Shown: positions 1 to 5,055 of the stretch, piece by piece
How the letters are laid out: every line of letters begins with the position of its first letter
Numbering within the stretch: the stretch's first letter is position 1
Assembly: GCA_031409655.1 (NCBI GenBank)
Contig: JANNXQ010000140.1
Coordinates: 1 to 28,210, forward strand
Source: Chthoniobacteraceae bacterium
GTDB lineage: Bacteria; Verrucomicrobiota; Verrucomicrobiia; Chthoniobacterales; Chthoniobacteraceae
Length of the DNA: 28,210 nucleotides
Reading direction: 5' to 3'
Translations under genes and position numbers: made by a program
Notes under the pieces: generated by a model
What the model saw: the letters and a program-made list of their open reading frames with translations, nothing else
The model's database searches: none
Told to the model about the DNA's origin: nothing

Positions 1-105
1 TACAATCCGCACCGCCGCCACAGCGCGCTGGGCTACCGCTCTCCGCTCCAGTTCGAAAAAGAAATGTTCCCCCCGAACCATCCACCTCTAACCTCCATCA
101 AATAA
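1..105 (+). CDS. IS3-family transposase (OrfB), C-terminal fragment running in from the window edge
   Basis: Frame 1 reads YNPHRRHSALGYRSPLQFEKEMF...IK*, the typical YN..R.HS.LGY.SP end of the IS3 integrase-core domain. TAA at 103-105. Confidence 0.9.
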   Translation, partial: YNPHRRHSALGYRSPLQFEKEMFPPNHPPLTSIK

Positions 106-140
106 CCATTAGCCCTGTCCACCTTTTCGAAGACAGATCA
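1..140 (+). mobile_element. Right end of an IS3-family insertion sequence
   Basis: The transposase tail is followed by CTGTCCACCTTTTCGAAGACAGATCA (115-140), an IS3-type right inverted repeat ending in CA. Confidence 0.8.
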
Positions 141-339
141 GTTCCATCTTCCAGCCCAGGGTTGCGAGGAACGAGCTACCCTGGGTTCGATCGGGTAAAA
201 GCGAGGCAAACCCTGAAGGGGTTTCGTCCTCGACCACGATTGACTCAACCCTTTCAGGGTTGTTCCCATTTTAAATCGCAAACCCAGGGTAGCTCGTTCC
301 TCGCAACCCTGGGCTGTCGGATGAAACGCCGTTGGCGTT
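141..339. repeat. Large nested palindromic REP/MITE-like element
   Basis: Perfect 36-bp inverted repeat 152-187 / 281-316 (CAGCCCAGGGTTGCGAGGAACGAGCTACCCTGGGTT). Inner inverted pair AACCCTGAAGGGGTT (209-223) / AACCCTTTCAGGGTT (247-261). Terminal mini-palindrome AACGCCGTTGGCGTT (325-339). Confidence 0.85.
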
Positions 340-403
340 CCCTGGATCTTCAGGCAATTCGACTGTGCAAATCGTATTAGTAAAGCCCGCGGCTACTTTC
401 CCC

Positions 404-661
404 CTACCGCCGCAGCGCGTTGATCAGCTCGTCGAGCTTGTCCGCGATCGCCTGCACTTCGCCTTGGGTCGGCGGGTCGCTGATGGCGAGGCCGAGGCTG
501 CCCGCGCCGTTGCTATTGGCGGAGGTGCCGGCGATCTGCGCGGCGAGGTCGTCGGAGGTGGCGCGCGTTTGGATGTCGTCGTTTAGCGAAGTCAGTTGCC
601 CGCGTAGCTCGGCGGAGTTGAGCGCGGCGTTATTCGCAGGTTTGGCGGGATCGAAGGGCAT
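404..661 (-). CDS. Small hypothetical protein (85 aa), helical, possibly phage fibre-like
   Basis: ATG start and protein-like composition (MPFDPAKPANNA...ISDPPTQGEVQAIADKLDELINALRR), unlike the Arg/Pro-rich shadow ORFs nearby. The function is not recognisable. Confidence 0.75.
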   Translation of the reverse strand: MPFDPAKPANNAALNSAELRGQLTSLNDDIQTRATSDDLAAQIAGTSANSNGAGSLGLAISDPPTQGEVQAIADKLDELINALRR

Positions 662-729
662 GGGGTGGATGGGTGAAGGGTGAGGGTGGATGGGTTCGGC
701 CGGAAAATCGTGGCGGCATCAGGGACGTG

Positions 730-981
730 CGGAGGGTCGAGGGCGAAAGGCGGAGGTCCGGGCTCCGCGTTGCTCCGGTGGAGCTCCCCGCGCTCCCCGG
801 CGAACCGCACGCACGGGTCCAGGACCCGCGCCTTTCCCCCACCAGGCTCCGCGCGGGGGCCTCGGAACTCCGGGCGCGCGGTTCAGACCAGCGTGCGCCC
901 AGCGCCCACCCGCCCGTGTGCGGTTCGGAGGGAGCCGCGCGGAGGTCCGGGCTCCGCGGGCGCGGCTCGGAACCCCGCATT
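730..981. repeat. Degenerate tandem array of about twelve 21-bp units
   Basis: Cut every 21 nt from 730, the units align, e.g. 751 cggaggtccgggctccgcgtt, 856 ggggcctcggaactccgggcg, 877 cgcggttcagaccagcgtgcg, 919 tgcggttcggagggagccgcg, 940 cggaggtccgggctccgcggg, 961 cgcggctcggaaccccgcatt. Exact repeats recur at offsets of 42, 84, 105 and 189 bp. Confidence 0.8.
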
Positions 982-1050
982 TCTCCCTTTTTCCGAGAAA
1001 CGCCTCTCCGCCCGAGACCTGTTTCTCTCCCGGCGGAGCGTTTATCCGTG

Positions 1051-1081
1051 GCGGAACTCATTGAAAATAAGACGTTTCCGC
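1051..1081. other. Imperfect palindrome with AT-rich core (possible recombinase or protein binding site)
   Basis: GCGGAA-CTCATTGAAAATAAGACGT-TTCCGC. It shares ATAA(A)GACGTT with 2059-2069 and ends 2 bp from the stop codon of the next gene. Confidence 0.4.
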
Positions 1082-1083
1082 GC

Positions 1084-1683
1084 CTACGGCGTGGGTGCCC
1101 CGCCGCCGCCGCCATTGCCCCCATTATTCCCGCCGGTGGGCCCGCCAGAAAAGCGCTGCTTGAGATCGTTGTAGATCGTATCGGCCCCGGCGATGCCCCG
1201 TTTGGCGGCCTGCTTCACATTTGCGTGAAAGGCGAGATCGGCCACGTAGATGTCCGTATAGGCCACCGACACCGTATCCTCCAGCCCCTCGCAGATCGGC
1301 GCCAACTCCTGCAGACACGGGAGTAAGTCATCCACTAACTTCCGGTCCTTGGCCATCTCCGTCAGATTGACAAAGCCCGGGACTAACTCCGGCCGCTGCG
1401 CCATATAGGCTTTGCACTTCTCATCAAAGGCCAGCGTCTTATCTGCGATCTTAGGCAGGCTCTGCCGCTCGTCGGCATTGAGATTGATGATGACGCCCTG
1501 GAGTTCCGTCTTCAGAGCCTGGATGGCGGCGACGATGGCCGCCTTCTTCTGCGCGCTGATCTCCGTGGAGATCCGATTGTCATTACTCATAGGTATGATG
1601 GGGTCTGGCACCGCCCCGTCCCAGAACACGAATGGCGAGTCATACGCCAGATTTGGCATGTCCCAAGTCAACGGTTGCGGCAT
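1084..1683 (-). CDS. Conserved-looking hypothetical alpha-helical protein with Gly-rich tail
   Basis: Protein-like ORF (..LNADERQSLPKIADKTLAFDEKC..PELVPGFVNL..LEDT..AAKRGIAGADTIYNDLKQRF) that resembles an uncharacterised family from memory. The start is ATG 1683 or ATG 1590 (MSNDN); the ORF-track start at 1776 is probably too long. Confidence 0.85.
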   Translation of the reverse strand: MPQPLTWDMPNLAYDSPFVFWDGAVPDPIIPMSNDNRISTEISAQKKAAIVAAIQALKTELQGVIINLNADERQSLPKIADKTLAFDEKCKAYMAQRPELVPGFVNLTEMAKDRKLVDDLLPCLQELAPICEGLEDTVSVAYTDIYVADLAFHANVKQAAKRGIAGADTIYNDLKQRFSGGPTGGNNGGNGGGGGAPTP

Positions 1684-1698
1684 ATTCGCTCTGCGATT

Positions 1699-1714
1699 AG
1701 CTGCCAGCGTGCCA
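1699..1714 (-). promoter_or_regulatory. Candidate sigma-54 (-24/-12) promoter
   Basis: The minus strand reads TGGCACG-CTGG-CAGCT with exact GG-N10-GC spacing, just upstream of ATG 1683. Confidence 0.45.
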
Positions 1715-2039
1715 CGGCTGGGTGGGACCGTGAAAATGGGCGCATTTCCTGGAAAGTGGGGCGTTCCTGATTCCAACCGCTCCCCCGCGATCTCTCAAAC
1801 GTGCGATCCCGCAGCGCAAAACTGCGTGCCAGCGCCAGCGCCGCCCTGTCCCGACGCGCCGCTTCCGTCCGGCACCCTCGCCGCCCGCCCTCGCCCGACG
1901 CAGCCGCGCGCTCCCGCGCCCCGCGCCCCACCGCATGGTGGATCCTTCCCACCCGCCATACCACGCACCGGCGCGTGCCAACCGAGGCTTTTGCTGGCGT
2001 TCAAGCACCGGCACCCAGCCACCCGGAACCCCGTTGAAA

Positions 2040-2110
2040 ACCCACAAATCAGTCGCTGATAAAGACGTTGTGAAACACCCACAGATTTGTTCATGATCCA
2101 GTCGTTAGGC
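2040..2110 (+). other. Putative integron attI-like recombination site
   Basis: Core site GTTAGGC (GTTRRRY) at 2104-2110. It is preceded by an AT-richer segment with direct repeats ACCCACA(A/G)AT (2040, 2077) and a CACAA...TTGTG palindrome (2043-2072), not by an attC-type hairpin. Confidence 0.5.
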
Positions 2111-2708
2111 GTTCTCGCGCTCACCCATGACTGACGAAGCATTCTACGAGGTCATCGCCAAGGAACTTGAGGACGGCAACGTCCGCAAAGGCCTGTGGCT
2201 TCAAGCCACAACTCAAGCGAACGGTGACGAAGGCCGCGCCAAAGCTTTCTACGTCAAGCAACGCCTCAAAGAACTGAAGGCTTCAGGTCTCACGGCATCG
2301 GAACCGTCTCCTATCACCGCGCCTGCGAAGTCTGTTGCGGAGTTCGCCGCGAAGCAAATTTACATTGCGGAGCGCCTGAATGAACGCAAAGCGCCGACTG
2401 ATTCAGCCGTGCCGAACCGCCCTCGTCCGCGCATCGATTGGCCAGGTTGGCTGCTGCTTCTGTCACTCGCCTTCATTCATTCAGCCGTGCTCCTTCACCT
2501 CCAAGGCAAGTTTCACGGCGAGATTTTTGCATATTTGCTGCCAGCCATTCTCGGCGGCGCTCTCGCCTCACTCGTGTTTCCACTGCTCATTTGCGTGTTC
2601 GTCAAACCGCCGGGTCGTTACTGGGTCGCTTTTGTGGGCTTCCTTCTTGTTGCCTTCTTTATCACCGTCGGCACGCTCTACCCGTCAGCCAAATGAACCG
2701 AACGCCTA
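2105..2708 (+). mobile_element. Integron-type gene cassette (attC interrupted and truncated)
   Basis: One ORF is tightly bounded by G^TTAGGCGTTC (2104-2114) and its inverse complement GAACGCCTA(A) (2700-2709), the R'/R'' complementarity expected of a cassette. There are only 16 bp between the core site and the ATG. Confidence 0.8.
2127..2696 (+). CDS. Cassette-borne hypothetical membrane protein (189 aa)
   Basis: N-terminal helical domain (YEVIAKELEDGNVRKGLWLQA...GDEGRAKAFYVKQR), a Pro/Ala linker and three C-terminal hydrophobic segments. Confidence 0.85.
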   Translation: MTDEAFYEVIAKELEDGNVRKGLWLQATTQANGDEGRAKAFYVKQRLKELKASGLTASEPSPITAPAKSVAEFAAKQIYIAERLNERKAPTDSAVPNRPRPRIDWPGWLLLLSLAFIHSAVLLHLQGKFHGEIFAYLLPAILGGALASLVFPLLICVFVKPPGRYWVAFVGFLLVAFFITVGTLYPSAK

Positions 2709-2780
2709 ATCGGGTCGCCGGGAGGTATTACCTCCCGGCTCCCACACCACCCATCATGCGGGTCCGCAATGGGCGGTTCG
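2709..2780 (-). mobile_element. 3' remnant (domains V and VI) of a group IIC-attC intron
   Basis: The minus strand reads CGAACCGCCCATTGCGGACCCGCATGATGGGTGGTGT (short IIC-type DV with CGC triad), then GGGAGCCGGGAGGTAATACCTCCCGGCGACCCGAT (DVI stem, bulged A, AY end), joined to TAGGC of the attC bottom strand. No RT ORF or domains I-IV were seen upstream. Confidence 0.85.
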
Positions 2781-3112
2781 TAGAGGTCACCAGCCCCATA
2801 AGTTGACCGTCTTCCCGCCAGGCGCGGGTTCGGGCTTGGAACTTATCGAGAGGGGAAGGGGTCGGTCCGTGCATAGGTGCAGAACCGCCGCTCTTGGCAC
2901 CCTTGCTCCGCGTGCCATGCGATTCACGCATCGCGCGGTAGAGATGGAAAACCTCCTGCGCTTCTCGAAAGCCCGGCAGCAGCTTGTTTTTCGGAGAAAG
3001 CTCGACCGGCGGCGGGCCGGGGCGAGCGTCCCGCATAGGCGACACGCTGGCCTTCGGCATGGTGGATCGGGACGACGATGCGCCCGGTCCTGCTGCCTTT
3101 CCGGCAATATCT

Positions 3113-3227
3113 CTCGTTCCCAAAGTGAAGCTTTGGTGACGCACTTGCCGGGGCAATTTCATGGCGAGGCGCGGCGGTGCGATGGCCGCGCAGGCCCCGA
3201 CCTTCCCTCGCCTCGAAGCAGAGCTTC
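3113..3227. repeat. Degenerate REP-like multi-hairpin element (second type)
   Basis: CTCGTTCCCAAAG-TGAAG-CTTTGG hairpin, TTGCC-GG-GGCAA, GGCGAGG (3163-3169) / CCTCGCC (3206-3212) and GAAGC-AGA-GCTTC (3215-3227). Confidence 0.5.
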
Positions 3228-3258
3228 TACCGCATCGCTTGTGGGACACGCGGGTTTT

Positions 3259-3574
3259 CTAAAACCCGAACCGGCCCGCAAGTGCGTCCTCCACTCTCTG
3301 CATTTCGGGTGTGGAGAGAGTGCCCAAGCGTCGCAAGAGCCTGGCGCCGGAAATGGTCTGCACTTGCTGAAGGTGGAACGCTCCGGTCTGGAGGAAGGGC
3401 TTGGGTATGGCCAGTTCCCAGCGATTTCCTCGAATGGCGGTGGTGTGCAGGAGCACCGTGAAAAGGTCGAGTTCGTTGTCCGCAGGCTCACCGGTGAGGA
3501 GGAGGGCCGGCCGCACCCTTGGCGGCCATGCCGAAATCGATCTGCCACACCTCTCCCCGCTCAGCGCCCGGCAT
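3259..3574 (-). pseudogene. mazF: MazF/PemK-family toxin, frameshifted by one extra base
   Basis: ATG 3574 gives MPGAERGEVWQIDFGMAAK and the next frame continues VRPALLLT...HTTAIRG...LQQVQTI...RRLGTL, together forming the MazF RGEVW..D..K.RP motif. The span is 316 nt (3n+1), with an extra C in CCC at 3516-3518. Confidence 0.8.
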
Positions 3575-3740
3575 CGTCCTGCTCCATGCGGTCGAGCATT
3601 TGCGCGCCTTCCATCGCCATCGCGTCACATGCGGCGACCTCTTCATTCTGCTGCGCCAGCTCGACGAGTTTGCGCCGGATCGTGAGCAACTCCGCCGGAG
3701 CGAGTTTGGGGAGTTCAGCGATGATCTGCGCAGCGCTCAT
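3561..3740 (-). CDS. Putative antitoxin (59 aa)
   Basis: Small acidic helical ORF MSAAQIIAELPKLAPAELLTIRRKL... lying directly upstream of the toxin and overlapping its start by 14 nt. Confidence 0.75.
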   Translation of the reverse strand: MSAAQIIAELPKLAPAELLTIRRKLVELAQQNEEVAACDAMAMEGAQMLDRMEQDDAGR

Positions 3741-3786
3741 GGTAGGGAGAAAGTGATGCCAGGAGCGTGCCGTGTCACGCGGAAAG

Positions 3787-3842
3787 GAAGCGCACAACGA
3801 AGCGCACAACGGGACACGCACAACGAAGCGCACAACGGGACA
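3787..3842. repeat. Nested tandem duplication (26 bp x2 containing 12-bp repeats)
   Basis: CGCACAACGAAGCGCACAACGGGACA occurs at 3791-3816 and 3817-3842. GAAGCGCACAAC occurs at 3787, 3799 and 3825. Confidence 0.9.
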
Positions 3843-4007
3843 GGTCGATAATTGTTCCAAAGTTGTCCTCGTCCGCAGCCCTCAGCTCTGCGGTGCGAGG
3901 CCTTCGCAGCCTACAAACAATCGCCGGAATATTTCCTCCCTCGAAACTCCCGCGACCTTCATTTGCAGGGCGTCCGCCAGACCCTGAGTGACGATGCTCA
4001 GGGCGCG

Positions 4008-5051
4008 CTAGCGTTGCGGCTCAGCCGCGAGGGCGAGGAATTCCCGGGCGACGAGTGGGGTGTAGATTTTTGCGCCGGCGGGATTGAGGTGGCCGGGGTC
4101 GCGGTGGTGTTCGGCTTTGAAGAGTTCGGGCCATTTGGCGGCGTCGGAGAAATCCAGGATCGGAGCGACTTCGCGACGGGGCACGAAGACGAGCGGACTG
4201 ACTGATGGCGAGATGAGGAGCACCGGTTGGGCGCCGGCGGCGCGGATGCGCGCGAGCATTCGGTCGAGGTTCGCCTGCGCGCCCGCAGGGAGTGGGGTCC
4301 GGACGGCGGGCTTTTCCTGAAAGGCGGCGAAGAGGCGCTCGTATTCCGCGCGCTCGCTGGCATTCATCTGCGCCTCATCGGGGGAGGTGGGGAAGCCATC
4401 CGAGCGTGGGCCGAGCGCCCGGGTTTGCGGGGCCGGGCCGCGCCAGGGCAGGAGGGACGAGCCGCGACCGATGTTCAGGGTCTTGCGCAGGAAGAGGCGC
4501 AGGTGGGTGAGGTAGAGGCCGCCGCGTTCGGAAAGCTTCGTGAGGGAGGCTCGCCATTTCTTGCGGGAAAAGCGCACGTCGTCGAAGAGCACGCGGCGCA
4601 CGTATTCGGTGCGCGGCCAATCGTGCCAGTAAGCGGCGCGCAGGGTTTCCGGTGCCTGATCGCCAAACTTGGCGCGGAACATACTGACCTCCACGAAGAC
4701 GGTGCGGAGCCGCGTGGGACCGGTATCGAGGATCCAATCCAGCAGGTACGAATCCTCGGGCGGGAAGAGCCCGTGCAGGCCGAAATTGAAGGTGCGTGAG
4801 GTGACACCTTGCGCGGCTAGCTCGCGATCGAAGATGGCGGGATCGATTTGCTCGATGACGCGACTCGAACCGAGGAAGAGCGTGTCGAACTCATCTTTAT
4901 GCGCCGCGAAGTAGCGCCACTTTTGCGCCACGTCGGGGAGGTCCGGCAGCGGCAAACGAGCGCCGATGGCGAGACTCGTGACTGCGAGCGCGCAGACGAA
5001 GCACGCGAGATTGCGGACGGAAAGGGCGAGCCGCATCACGCCAGTCGCCAC
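4008..5051 (-). CDS. SGNH-like membrane-anchored protein (DltD/AlgJ/DUF1574-like)
   Basis: N-terminal hydrophobic anchor, FLGSSR (block I Ser), TFNFG and C-terminal DPGHLN (DxxH). Confidence 0.7.
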   Translation of the reverse strand: MATGVMRLALSVRNLACFVCALAVTSLAIGARLPLPDLPDVAQKWRYFAAHKDEFDTLFLGSSRVIEQIDPAIFDRELAAQGVTSRTFNFGLHGLFPPEDSYLLDWILDTGPTRLRTVFVEVSMFRAKFGDQAPETLRAAYWHDWPRTEYVRRVLFDDVRFSRKKWRASLTKLSERGGLYLTHLRLFLRKTLNIGRGSSLLPWRGPAPQTRALGPRSDGFPTSPDEAQMNASERAEYERLFAAFQEKPAVRTPLPAGAQANLDRMLARIRAAGAQPVLLISPSVSPLVFVPRREVAPILDFSDAAKWPELFKAEHHRDPGHLNPAGAKIYTPLVAREFLALAAEPQR

Positions 5052-5055
5052 GCCT

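Noticed and set aside
162..380. 72-aa ORF over the palindrome
   Set aside because: It is a translation of the REP-like repeat.
1816..1980. Two further minus-strand TGGCACG motifs (ending 1831 and 1980) as sigma-54 promoters
   Set aside because: Spacing to the GC is 11 nt rather than the required 10.
1800..2030. 21-bp periodicity in the second GC-rich tract
   Set aside because: Manual phasing gave no consistent register (repeat offsets 40, 44, 139, 149). It is reported only as a GC-rich tract.
3140..3144. Minus-strand GTGCG about 435 nt upstream of the intron 3' end, suggesting a complete ORF-less IIC intron
   Set aside because: The intervening sequence lacks recognisable domain I-III motifs, the flank is not the rest of an attC, and the GTGCG lies inside a REP-like hairpin.
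2728..3756. ORFs 2728-3249 (-), 2787-3107 (-) and 2803-3756 (+)
   Set aside because: They run across the intron stub, the REP-like element or the TA genes, are Arg/Pro/Gly-rich and show no RT or other motifs.
3757..3772. Sigma-54-like CGGCACG-CTCC-TGGCA upstream of the antitoxin
   Set aside because: The spacing is right, but such matches arise easily in GC-rich DNA and there is no supporting context.
3787..3842. Possible mini CRISPR array
   Set aside because: The repeats are directly adjacent with no unique spacers, and no cas genes are present.
3982..4003. Hairpin CCCTGAG...CTCAGGG just after the SGNH-like gene as an intrinsic terminator
   Set aside because: There is no U-tract on either side, so it is too weak to call.
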